A stretch of DNA of 64,000 bases from Opitutales bacterium (GCA_049599475.1 JBMYOQ010000004.1:1-64000); one strand, 5' to 3'. Shown: positions 38,978 to 48,110, counted from the first letter of the stretch. The notes: generated by a model from the letters alone, not told the origin. Made by a program: numbers and translations.

Positions 38978-39994
38978 ATGAAATTCTCGTGTCTCTTATC
39001 TATCCCGCTTCTCGCCTTAACCTGTCTGGGACTGGAGCCTCCGGCTTTTATGGGGGATTGGGAAGGGCGATTCATCGATGCTCCGGAAGGTAGCTGGCAA
39101 GCGAACAATCCGAGCATTGTCGCAAAAATTGTCGGGATGCCAGATGGTGCCTTCGAAGTGCAATTTATGAATGCATTTGAACGCCGAGCGGAGGTCGATT
39201 TCAGAAAGACTATCTCGCCAAGCGATGGAACTTTGAAATTTAAGAGCAAGGCTTGGACCTTTGAAATAGAAGGCGATACACTCCGAGGGATTCGGAAGCA
39301 ATGGGTGCGGAAGAAAATGCATGATATACCTTTCGAAATGAAAAAGGTGGAGCGCCTTTCGCCTACACTGGGGCGTCCTGCCCCAGAGGGAGCTGAGGAT
39401 CTTTTTGCAGATGGAAGTTTGGGAAAATGGCATCATAAGCACGGTCGCGAAGCCTCCTGGAAAGTCTTGGAAAATGGAGTTGTCGAATGTTGGCCAAAGA
39501 AATCAGGAAACAAGCAAGGTGGAGATTTATTTACCAAGAAACACTACCGAGACTGCGAAATTCATCTGGAATTTCGTTTGCCGTATTTGCCGGATCGGCT
39601 CGGTCAGGATCGAGCAAATAGCGGTCTCTATATCATGAATTATGAGATACAAATTCTGGATAGTTATGGCTTCGAAGCGAATTGGACTTCATGTGGTGCT
39701 CTCTACAAAGTGTCGCCTTCAAAGGTGAATCGCAGTGCGCCTCCTGGGCAATGGCAGACCTATGATATCGTCTTTCGGGCTCCACGATTTGATGAAGCTG
39801 GCAAAGTCACAGAGCACGCCACAATCACCGTAAAGCATAATGGTCGTTTAATACACAACGAGCAGGAGATCTTTGAGATAACGCAATATTTTGAGATCAA
39901 CCGACCCAAAGACCCTCCATTTGATGGCCCCCTAGAGCTTCAAGACCACGGGCATGCCATACAGTTTAGGAATTTTTGGATACGGGAACTTTAG
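38978..39994 (+). CDS. DUF1080 protein with an N-terminal extension
   Basis: IHLEF, GQDRANSG, YEIQILDS, GQWQTYDIVFRAPRF, LQDHG, FRNFWIREL. Confidence 0.9.
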   Translation: MKFSCLLSIPLLALTCLGLEPPAFMGDWEGRFIDAPEGSWQANNPSIVAKIVGMPDGAFEVQFMNAFERRAEVDFRKTISPSDGTLKFKSKAWTFEIEGDTLRGIRKQWVRKKMHDIPFEMKKVERLSPTLGRPAPEGAEDLFADGSLGKWHHKHGREASWKVLENGVVECWPKKSGNKQGGDLFTKKHYRDCEIHLEFRLPYLPDRLGQDRANSGLYIMNYEIQILDSYGFEANWTSCGALYKVSPSKVNRSAPPGQWQTYDIVFRAPRFDEAGKVTEHATITVKHNGRLIHNEQEIFEITQYFEINRPKDPPFDGPLELQDHGHAIQFRNFWIREL

Positions 39995-40158
39995 AGCCTG
40001 AATTCAGTAGAAGCGGTTTTGCTAGAATTGATTTTGATAGTATTGACGAAGACGTTCTAAGGTGACTGTGCGACCAAAGGCGAATCATTGCAACGTGCCA
40101 CAGTGGATACCATAAAGAGCGAAAGCCCTGGAGAATCCAAGGGCCTTGTAGTATCCTG

Positions 40159-40203
40159 TGACAGATTGGTAGCCACCTGATTTTCGGCAGCTACCAATCG
40201 TCA
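40159..40203. terminator. Hairpin between convergent genes (bidirectional terminator or REP-like)
   Basis: tgacagattggtagc / gctaccaatcgtca. Confidence 0.5.
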
Positions 40204-40228
40204 ACGGTCGTGTTCCTGAGATATCTGC

Positions 40229-42067
40229 CTATTGTGCAGATGGGGTAATTTCGAAGTAATTGATATTAAAGGACGGGGAATCCATCACGATGCGGAGTTC
40301 CCTTCCATTCCCGGATTGCAAGGTCACTCCCGTGGCTACGACATCGTGCCATACGTCCCAGCCAGCGCCTCCCGTATTGAATGTGATGGGGCCGGATATG
40401 TCGACGCCATCCAGCTCTATGTGGAATTTCTTGTTCCAGGTGTGCGCGGTGGCGACGCGAAACGTGATGTCGTAAGTGTCTGTTGTGGGTATGTCTATGG
40501 TATAGTTTAAATACTCGTCACGCTCGATCCAGCCAATCGTGTAGTTGCCTTCGGATGCGTCGCCGATGTCTACGTCGGTATCTCTGTATTTTCCACCGGA
40601 GTTACCGGCAGTCGTGTCAAAATAAGCTTCTCCTGATGGACCGTTGTCAAAGTCCTCCGCCTCAACACGTATAGTTTGCGGATCTTGGCTAAGGGTAGCT
40701 TCAAAGTAGTTTATATTGAAACTCGCAGAGTCCATATAAAGACGCAGTTCCTGTTGTCCTGCACTGAGCATGATGCCTTCCGCAGTGAAATCCTGCCAGG
40801 ATTGCCAGCCGGCGCCGCCAGTATTGAAGGAAATGGGTCCGGATATGTTGGTATTGTTTAATTCAAGATGAAAACTCTTGTTTGAGTTGTGCCCTGAAGC
40901 TACTCGAAAGGTGAAATCGTAGGTGCCCGACTGAGCTACGTTGATCGTGTAATCGAGATATTCACCTGTTTTGATCCATCCCACGTTGTATCCTCCTTCA
41001 CTTGCTACTTGGATGTCGACCGCTGTATCGCGAAATTCGCCACCTAGATTGCTGCTTGTGGTATCGTAGTAGGCTACACCTTGCCCGCCATCATCGAAAT
41101 CTTCGGCCTCAATGCGGCCGGGAAGACTTTGCTGTGTCTGAGCAAAACCGTTGTCGAACATATTCTTGAGTCCTTCAGGCCCTCCTTGTTCATCCCCTGT
41201 GAATAGGTAATATGCCATACCACAGTCGGAGATATCTGGTCGTCTTACTGCCTCCATGCGACTGTAGCAGAATTGAATGGCATCATTAATTTCAGGTGTA
41301 TGAGCTGAGTAGTCTCTCATGAAGTACCATGCATCCCAATACTTGTATCCATTGTTGGCACGCGTGGTAGCGAAACCGATGGTTTTACTCTCGTAATTAT
41401 TTTGATCGGCAATTTGATCGAAAACGACTCCATCATTGGTAAATGCAGACTTCATTTCATTCCAGGTCCACCCGCTGTGCGGCTCTTCATAGTCTGATTT
41501 ATCAGGATTTGTTTGTGGGTTATCGCTATGCCGATTGTTCCAATTGGAGTGAGAGATCACCCGGACATATTGTAACGGAGTGGGGTCAATGGCCTGTGCA
41601 CGTGAAAGGGCTTCACCAATAACTTGCATGGGCCCAGCTGCTAATACGGTCAGTGGATCGTTCATACTTGATGCGAGGATTGCATCTCGCATCGCATTAT
41701 AGGCGGCATCAGGGTCTTCGACGGCTGCCATGAGGTTACTATCGCTTGTGAAGTCGAATCTGGATGCTGTTTCGACAACACTGAGAACCATTTCAGCTTC
41801 GTCGTTGTTCTCACTGCCCCATACGTGGTCGCTATAAGTGTAAAGGACGAGTTTATCTTGGAGGCTTTGCGAAGCGATGATAGCCAAGGTGGCTGCGGAT
41901 GCACCCCAGTCATCATCATCGTGCATATTGCCATCGGAGCTCACAGCGATGCGTCCTCCGGTATAAGGGATCGTTTGCGCGTGCCCATTGTTAGGCGTTA
42001 TCGCAAGCGAGAATCCAGCTAGGAAACAGAATAGAGAGTATTGAGCTTTAATGAATGTATTCATCAA
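40229..42067 (-). CDS. Secreted protein: nucleoside-hydrolase-like N-terminal domain + two CBM6
   Basis: Signal peptide; RIAVSSDGNMHDDDD and LAAGPM motifs; two EAEDFD..GW(Q/D)..FNINYF modules. Confidence 0.78.
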   Translation of the reverse strand: MMNTFIKAQYSLFCFLAGFSLAITPNNGHAQTIPYTGGRIAVSSDGNMHDDDDWGASAATLAIIASQSLQDKLVLYTYSDHVWGSENNDEAEMVLSVVETASRFDFTSDSNLMAAVEDPDAAYNAMRDAILASSMNDPLTVLAAGPMQVIGEALSRAQAIDPTPLQYVRVISHSNWNNRHSDNPQTNPDKSDYEEPHSGWTWNEMKSAFTNDGVVFDQIADQNNYESKTIGFATTRANNGYKYWDAWYFMRDYSAHTPEINDAIQFCYSRMEAVRRPDISDCGMAYYLFTGDEQGGPEGLKNMFDNGFAQTQQSLPGRIEAEDFDDGGQGVAYYDTTSSNLGGEFRDTAVDIQVASEGGYNVGWIKTGEYLDYTINVAQSGTYDFTFRVASGHNSNKSFHLELNNTNISGPISFNTGGAGWQSWQDFTAEGIMLSAGQQELRLYMDSASFNINYFEATLSQDPQTIRVEAEDFDNGPSGEAYFDTTAGNSGGKYRDTDVDIGDASEGNYTIGWIERDEYLNYTIDIPTTDTYDITFRVATAHTWNKKFHIELDGVDISGPITFNTGGAGWDVWHDVVATGVTLQSGNGRELRIVMDSPSFNINYFEITPSAQ

Positions 42068-42258
42068 AAGGTATTGAATTTTCCAGGCTGAAAGCTGACG
42101 AAAATTTTCGGATAATCTTGAGACAACTTTTAGGGGCCGACTTGCTTAATCGATGCTTTCTACCGCGCGGAGATCGGTGGCTACCAAAGATCGATAAGAT
42201 GTATTGCGTTGTGCTTCACTCTTTCACCTGTTTTGAATTCGATTTAGGCGCGATATCC

Positions 42259-43406
42259 TTATTCAATAAACTGTATCTCAATTTTTTTGTAATCGTTCCG
42301 GGCACCTGTTGAATCTACTGGGATGGCTTCGAAGATATATGTGTCGATCGATAGATTCATAGGGAAATACTCGCCGCCGTATTGGACTTCGTCGCCAGCT
42401 ACAGAGTAGGGGTATAGGCGTTCGCGAAGGAAGGTTGGTTCATGATTACTCTTGATGATCACCTCTTGCACACGGCCGCGGGTGTTGACTCGAATATTCA
42501 CGCCTTTCTCGGGAAGGTCGCTTATCGAAATAGAGCTTTGGGAGGGATTGGATCGTAGCCGGTAATAGCTTGGCCGCTGGCGACTGAAATTAGGGAGAAA
42601 TCCAGGACTTCTGGGGAAAGGCTATCGTCGTTGACAGCCAATCGTTTTATGTTGGGCCCCAGTGTGGCTATTTGGCCGGTTTTTACCAGCAACGCCTTTT
42701 TGTCTCCAGGCCGTTTGAAACTGACTACACCATGGCTTACGGAGGTCTCAACGAAATCCGATTCGACATTCACCTGTAATTGAGTCCCTAATACGTCGAC
42801 CGCTCCGTGTGGGGTGTTTACGGCCATGGAGAGGCCTTGAGGTTGCTTTGCTACATTGAGGAAGACGAACCCATCTACGATACTAATTTCCTTTCGCTGA
42901 TTGTTTTCTGTGAAGTTTCCATTCAGTTCTGAAAGGGGGTGAAGCATAACCACTGTGCCATCGGAGTATTTAAGTGTGACTCTCGAATCGCGTTCCGTAA
43001 GCACTGTAGAGTGGCCGTGAATGGTGTCTCCGTTTGATGGACGAATCCAGTTGTTTTCACCGTAACGATACAGCATGACATTTCCCTCCAGAGAGACGAC
43101 TTGTGGTATGTTACCTCTGTTATTGTTCGGCATTCGAGGCGACTTGTTGGTGAAAAATATCCCTGCGAAGAGCCCCGTGATTGCAAGGCATGCCGCAGCT
43201 TTGAATAACCAGGGAATTCTTCTCGTATCGCTTCTGTCCGGCGCTCGTTGTATGTTTTGAGCACTATCTGTTTCTTTAGAATTTGTTTGATAAGAGAATA
43301 GAAGCAGGTCGTGTAGGGCCTGATGTTGGCCATACTCACGGGTGGCTCCCAGTGATTCTTCACTGGGAGCCTTTGGGAATCGCTTTGTGTTGTTTTGGCT
43401 ATTCAT
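42259..43406 (-). pseudogene. FecR-like anti-sigma factor split by a frameshift near 42540 (ORFs 42522-43406 and 42259-42501)
   Basis: TM + FecR core (YSDGT, VNTPHG, VLGTQ, VSHGVV); ATGA overlap with the sigma gene at 43403-43406; the -1 frame continues stop-free as QSSISISDLPEKGVNIRVNT. Confidence 0.7.
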
Positions 43407-44005
43407 CGTTCCTCGAAATGTGTGAGGTGCTTTACGCAATCTCGAATTAAGATGCGCGCTCGAGACAGGCGCTTAGATATGGTATCCTCCTTGAGTCCCA
43501 TTGCTCGGCTGATTTCCCGTATAGAATATCCCGATGAATAGAAGTGCTCGACAACCATCCGCATAGGGAGCTTCAGTTTCTGAACGCAATGTTGCAGGCT
43601 CTGTACACGCCCAGTCCAGTTGGTCGATAGATTGCTTGAGTCTATTATCGCGTAGATATCGTCCACGCCATCGATCGCGATTGGGGCAAGAGCAGAAAAC
43701 TTCTGTGATTCACGGCGCGCTTCGAGGACTTTATAGCGAATGATTCCCCGGGCCCACGGTGCGAAAGGTTTGGCTTGATCAAAATCAACGAAGCGTTTGT
43801 TGATTGTAATGATCGCCTCTTGGACGACATCTTGCGCTACATGGATATCCTGGCTGACAAGGGTGTAAGCATAACGGAGCATCATCGGGTGATGCTCCTC
43901 GATTAAATCGAATAAAAGTTGCTCGGCAGATTTCTCTGTATCTTCATCTAAGTAGCTCGGCATTTCGATACAATTGATTGATCGAAACAGGGGTACACCT
44001 GACAT
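43403..44005 (-). CDS. ECF sigma-70 factor
   Basis: AQDVVQE, FAPWARGI, YSIREIS, SKRLSRAR; start may be 43963. Confidence 0.9.
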   Translation of the reverse strand: MSGVPLFRSINCIEMPSYLDEDTEKSAEQLLFDLIEEHHPMMLRYAYTLVSQDIHVAQDVVQEAIITINKRFVDFDQAKPFAPWARGIIRYKVLEARRESQKFSALAPIAIDGVDDIYAIIDSSNLSTNWTGRVQSLQHCVQKLKLPMRMVVEHFYSSGYSIREISRAMGLKEDTISKRLSRARILIRDCVKHLTHFEER

Positions 44006-44071
44006 TTATTTTCCGGTAATGGAATCTATAATTTTTCCGGGGATAAGTCGAAGTGTATTTTTGAATACGTA

Positions 44072-45391
44072 TTATGCATTTGGTTCATGTTTTCCGAATA
44101 CACTGAACCGGCTGTTTGGGAACTCGCTTTTTAAATCATTAAGGAAATCTGCGGTGTTCCCTTTCTTAGGGATCGCGTATCCGATGATATTCACGGATGG
44201 AAGGTCTGATTTTTTGTCTCCGTAAATGAGTGTGGCGCGTTCTTTCATCCAATCGACAAACCATTCGTTTCCGCCGACGAGTACATTGTCTCGCGGCCGC
44301 TTGCCCCAGGGCGGAGTGAGTGTTTTGGCCCAGTTTCCTTCGTGGATTCGTCCGTCGAGCCCCTGTGCCGCCCGTTTTTTGTTTTCTGCCTTCAGTCTTG
44401 AATTTTGTTTGTCTACGTATGCTTTGGCCTTCTTCTCGAAAGCGGCTCTCTCGGCGTCAGACACTTTGGCGACACGTCTCTCGTATTCACGAATTTCTCT
44501 TTCATAGGCACGACGTTCTTTCTCATTAAAGGTTCGGGTGAATTTGGGAGTCCCGTCTGTGATCATAAAAATGTTGTCTGCTTTTTGCTCAAAAGCAGCG
44601 AGTAGTGCCATATCCATACGTGAACTGCCGTTAATGGGTTTCACACCTCCCCAGTCGGGTTTGTAATTCCTTAGGAATACAGATTTTTTTGCGCTAGGGC
44701 TGATACGCCCGCCTTCGGTTCGCCAATATGGATCGATGAAGTCGATGGCTCTCTGCTTGTTCTCCTTGCTCGCAAGGACAAGGTTTGAGCTCATAACGTC
44801 TAGACCTGAAGAGAAAACCATTACATTGAAAAGGCTTGCGCTGCTAAGGTTATCGATCACTTCGCTCAGCTTTTCTTTCACATCCTCATATCCGGTGATG
44901 TCGCCTCGTTGGGGCTCCAGCATACTACGGGCTACATCCAAGACAATGACGATGCGTTCACCTTTGGATCGGATTCCGAAGAAATCGACAGCGCTTTGGC
45001 CCATACGGAGGGAAGTCCCGCGCAGACTACCAGTGCCACCGGCAAAACCGCTACCATCTCCGCCTACGCCCACAGAAGGAGCGACGTCCGAAACATTTAT
45101 TTGTATATCAGGGGCATTGATTGAAAGGGCTGACCTTACCTCGATGCGTTGTTGGCGAGGGCGAGCTGATGCCTCTTGGCGGTCCTTGGACTTCTTTTGG
45201 TTATACTTTACCGTCGGAGGCTCCAGAGGCATGCTCGGCAGCGGTGCTTCGAATTGCGTCTCTTGACGTGCGACGAATTTGTAGACGGTCATCCCGCCGA
45301 AGACAAGGAGGAGAGTTACGTTGAGGATCGCTCCGATCGTCAGGGCGACGATCATATTTTTGTTGGTGCGTTTCTTGAGTCTTTTCTTCAC
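44072..45391 (-). CDS. Membrane-anchored VWA-domain protein
   Basis: N-terminal TM, Pro/Gln-rich linker, FFGI, VLDVARSM (MIDAS-like), FNVMVF, MITDG. Confidence 0.75.
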   Translation of the reverse strand: MKKRLKKRTNKNMIVALTIGAILNVTLLLVFGGMTVYKFVARQETQFEAPLPSMPLEPPTVKYNQKKSKDRQEASARPRQQRIEVRSALSINAPDIQINVSDVAPSVGVGGDGSGFAGGTGSLRGTSLRMGQSAVDFFGIRSKGERIVIVLDVARSMLEPQRGDITGYEDVKEKLSEVIDNLSSASLFNVMVFSSGLDVMSSNLVLASKENKQRAIDFIDPYWRTEGGRISPSAKKSVFLRNYKPDWGGVKPINGSSRMDMALLAAFEQKADNIFMITDGTPKFTRTFNEKERRAYEREIREYERRVAKVSDAERAAFEKKAKAYVDKQNSRLKAENKKRAAQGLDGRIHEGNWAKTLTPPWGKRPRDNVLVGGNEWFVDWMKERATLIYGDKKSDLPSVNIIGYAIPKKGNTADFLNDLKSEFPNSRFSVFGKHEPNA

Positions 45392-45462
45392 CTAGACTGG
45401 GGTTACAGGGGGAGATAATTAGGATTCCGAGCGGCTCAGGAATCTCATTGTGAACACCTCAC

Positions 45463-45507
45463 AGTGTAGCTGAATAGTGGGCGTGCGGTTACTATACATT
45501 TGAATGG
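45463..45507 (-). promoter_or_regulatory. Activator-type promoter: palindrome CTATACA-TT-TGAATGG + -10 TACACT
   Basis: Palindrome 45492-45507; minus-strand TACACT at 45468-45463 (23-nt spacer), facing the VWA-sigma-FecR genes. Confidence 0.6.
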
Positions 45508-45626
45508 GTATTGGGGTTTACTTGTGTTATGGGTGGGTGATTCTCTTGATGCTTCAATCTCTCCTCGAACTGCCTCTATCCATGCGAATAGTTTCATTTA
45601 TTGCAGCTTCAGGGGAAACTAGGTGC

Positions 45627-46538
45627 GTGAATACAAAATCGCTTTTGCCCCTTATTTTAGTTTTCTCTAACACAGCTTTCTTCGCCATAGCCGATACAGA
45701 ATCGAAGATCTTGGCGTTCAGCAAAGTCGGGGATCTACCGAGTAAAATGTGCGATTTTGATTGGGCCGGCGCTCAGGTGCAGCTAGAGCCCGCCGACCTC
45801 GCATTCTCCGTTGAGACCAACCCGGGCTCTAAGTCCTGTATTTTCTTTGATCCGCCTCGAGAGCGTGGTCGCTTTGAGGCCAGCTTGTTAGCGAATGACT
45901 CCAGAATCGAATTACGAGGCATTGTTATCGATCGATTCGAGGGTAAGAATGAGCCCACGCTCGATTCAATTTTTTGGTGTCTGGGAGTATCCGAAGATGC
46001 TGGTGGTGAGTATCTATCCCTGGATACAGAGGGGGATACTATTGGGAGTTCAATTCCAGTATCGGGCTTCCGGGTTGCAGAAGGATATTCTGAGATCACA
46101 GTCAGTCTGCTTGCCCGCTATTCTCCCAAGGGAAATCCAGAGCTGGGATTCCTTAATTCTGAAAATGGCGCTCCTACGCCAATTGGCAGGATGGCCAATG
46201 TGTCTCGGGAATATAGAGACGCACATCAGCGTCTGTTTCCCCCATTTGAAGATCCTGACGCTGTCTTGTGGAACGGGAGGCATCGCAAAGTGATATCAAG
46301 TGAGGAATGTCCGCCTAGCTTCAACTTTTACTACGCTGGAAAGCATTTCCGTGCATCTACGATCCCAGGAGAAGCAAAAGGCGCAAAAATTAAACACACT
46401 GCTCGGGTGTATCCCGTCGAAAGCCTCCTGGGGAACGCCGTTAAAAACGCGTATCTCATATGCTTTGAGGAGGCGAAAAATGGGGATTACCAAGACGCAA
46501 TTTTACTGATTGAAGGCATCGAGCACGACTCGCTCTAG
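45627..46538 (+). CDS. Secreted hypothetical protein (DUF4114-like C-terminus)
   Basis: Likely GTG start at 45627 with signal peptide (ORF track starts 45504); C-terminal YLICFEE..GDYQDAILLI. Confidence 0.6.
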   Translation: MNTKSLLPLILVFSNTAFFAIADTESKILAFSKVGDLPSKMCDFDWAGAQVQLEPADLAFSVETNPGSKSCIFFDPPRERGRFEASLLANDSRIELRGIVIDRFEGKNEPTLDSIFWCLGVSEDAGGEYLSLDTEGDTIGSSIPVSGFRVAEGYSEITVSLLARYSPKGNPELGFLNSENGAPTPIGRMANVSREYRDAHQRLFPPFEDPDAVLWNGRHRKVISSEECPPSFNFYYAGKHFRASTIPGEAKGAKIKHTARVYPVESLLGNAVKNAYLICFEEAKNGDYQDAILLIEGIEHDSL

Positions 46539-46599
46539 GGAATGCATCTGATACAGTATTGGAGATCCCTGTTTTATTCTGGGTGTATCGGAATATCTC

Positions 46600-46788
46600 T
46601 TACGCGAAGCGGGTGTGCTCGCTTAGGTAGGTGTAGCCGGCTTCTGAGAGTTTTTGGGTCAAGGCAGTGAGATCGATGTCATTCGATTTACAGAGATCAT
46701 CTAGATCTTCGTAATCGTTGCGCAAAGCCGTATTCACGACGCCTACCAAGAGGTGCGGGTCCATGGTCTCAAAATTTTCGATATGCAT
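46600..46788 (-). CDS. DUF4250 family small protein
   Basis: MDPHLLVGVVNTALRN..LDDLC..KL..AGY.Y. Confidence 0.85.
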   Translation of the reverse strand: MHIENFETMDPHLLVGVVNTALRNDYEDLDDLCKSNDIDLTALTQKLSEAGYTYLSEHTRFA

Positions 46789-46859
46789 GGCATCGAGGGT
46801 GCCTTGCTGAACCGCGTTGCCAATCCTGTAAATCGGGCCTCAGCGCGCAGGGGCGTTTT

Positions 46860-48110
46860 TCAGTCTTCTGTCTTTATCGAGAAACCAAATATCGAGCCTA
46901 CGCCCAGTTCGCTTTTTACGTGAATCTCGCCACCCATGGCTTCGGCGTATTCTTTGCATATTGCGAGTCCGAGGCCTGTGCCTTGACTGCCAATCTCGCT
47001 GCGGTCTCCCCCTTGGTCGTAAGGTTGGAAGATCGCCGATTGCTTGTCCTCGGAGATCCCGCGACCAGAGTCTTTTACGTAAAAGTATAAGGTGTCAGGA
47101 GAGTTTTGCTGAATTCCGACTTCGATAGTGCCTTGGTCGGTGAATTTGATAGCATTGCCGATCAAGTTGGAGAGAATTTGCCGGATCCGTAACTCGTCGA
47201 TCAGGTGGGTTGGAGGGGTGCCTTCGGCTACACTAATACTTAGGTGAAGGCCCTTGACCTCGCAGGCCATCTTAAAGGTGCATTTGATGGTCTCAATCAG
47301 GCTGCTCAACGGAGTCGGTTCCCGATTGATAATGACCTTTCCGGATTCTGCTTTTCCGTGCTCGAGCAGGTTGTCGATCAACACCATCAGCTGATTTATC
47401 GCCCCATCGATCATATCGATGCTTTCAATCTGCTCAGCATCTTGCGAATCCTCGCGCAGTAACTGCATGCCTCCGCGAATACCATTCATCGGAGTCTTGA
47501 TTTCGTGAGAAAGGGTACTGAGAAATTGATGTTTCTGCCAGAACGCACGCTCGACCTGTTTAGTCTTGGTCTGGAGCTCCTGGTTCAGGTTGAAGCGATC
47601 TATGGCGGCCCAAATGGTCCGGTGAAGTAGTTGAGGAATCGCCTCCTCGTAGATGATGTAGTCTTGGGCTCCTTGGCGTATGGCCTCGCGGGCCAAATGT
47701 TCGTGCTGCATAGGAGTGAGCACTATGAGCGGATGGGTCGATGAGAATTCGACAATCTTCTCGAGCGCATCGTTGGTGCAGTCGGACGTCTCGAGGTCCA
47801 CGAAAACCACGTTCCAGTTCTCTGTGGCAAAGCGTTCGCTTGCACTCTCGAAGCTCTCGGCCCGTTGGAAGTCAAAGTCACAGGAGTGTGTGGGCGGGAG
47901 GAGATGGCGAAGGTCGTGGTAGCGCTCAGCGTTCTCTTGGACTACGAGGACTTTGATAATATCGCTCGTGCTCCCGGCGTTTTCCGTTCGTTTGTTGGAA
48001 TCTACCGGGAGTGCGAAGGTCTTCGGTGTTTCCGCAGATGAGTCTTCCGCCTCTTTATCTGAAATCAGGGGCGACTCGGGTATAACAAACTGTGAACGTG
48101 ATTGAGCCAA
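46860..48110 (-). CDS. Cytoplasmic hybrid kinase (REC-HisKA-HATPase)
   Basis: SHEIKTPMNG, RQILSNLIGNAIKFT, DSGRGI, GTGLGLAI; N-terminal receiver domain; start uncertain. Confidence 0.9.
   Translation of the reverse strand: MAQSRSQFVIPESPLISDKEAEDSSAETPKTFALPVDSNKRTENAGSTSDIIKVLVVQENAERYHDLRHLLPPTHSCDFDFQRAESFESASERFATENWNVVFVDLETSDCTNDALEKIVEFSSTHPLIVLTPMQHEHLAREAIRQGAQDYIIYEEAIPQLLHRTIWAAIDRFNLNQELQTKTKQVERAFWQKHQFLSTLSHEIKTPMNGIRGGMQLLREDSQDAEQIESIDMIDGAINQLMVLIDNLLEHGKAESGKVIINREPTPLSSLIETIKCTFKMACEVKGLHLSISVAEGTPPTHLIDELRIRQILSNLIGNAIKFTDQGTIEVGIQQNSPDTLYFYVKDSGRGISEDKQSAIFQPYDQGGDRSEIGSQGTGLGLAICKEYAEAMGGEIHVKSELGVGSIFGFSIKTED

Noticed and set aside
42259..42501. Independent 80-aa gene
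   Set aside because: Better explained as the frameshifted tail of FecR
42536..42546. Programmed -1 ribosomal frameshift in FecR
   Set aside because: No in-frame X XXY YYZ heptamer and no evident stimulatory structure
24171..45456. Recurring GTTCACA near three promoters or start codons
   Set aside because: Short 7-mer at inconsistent spacing; may be chance
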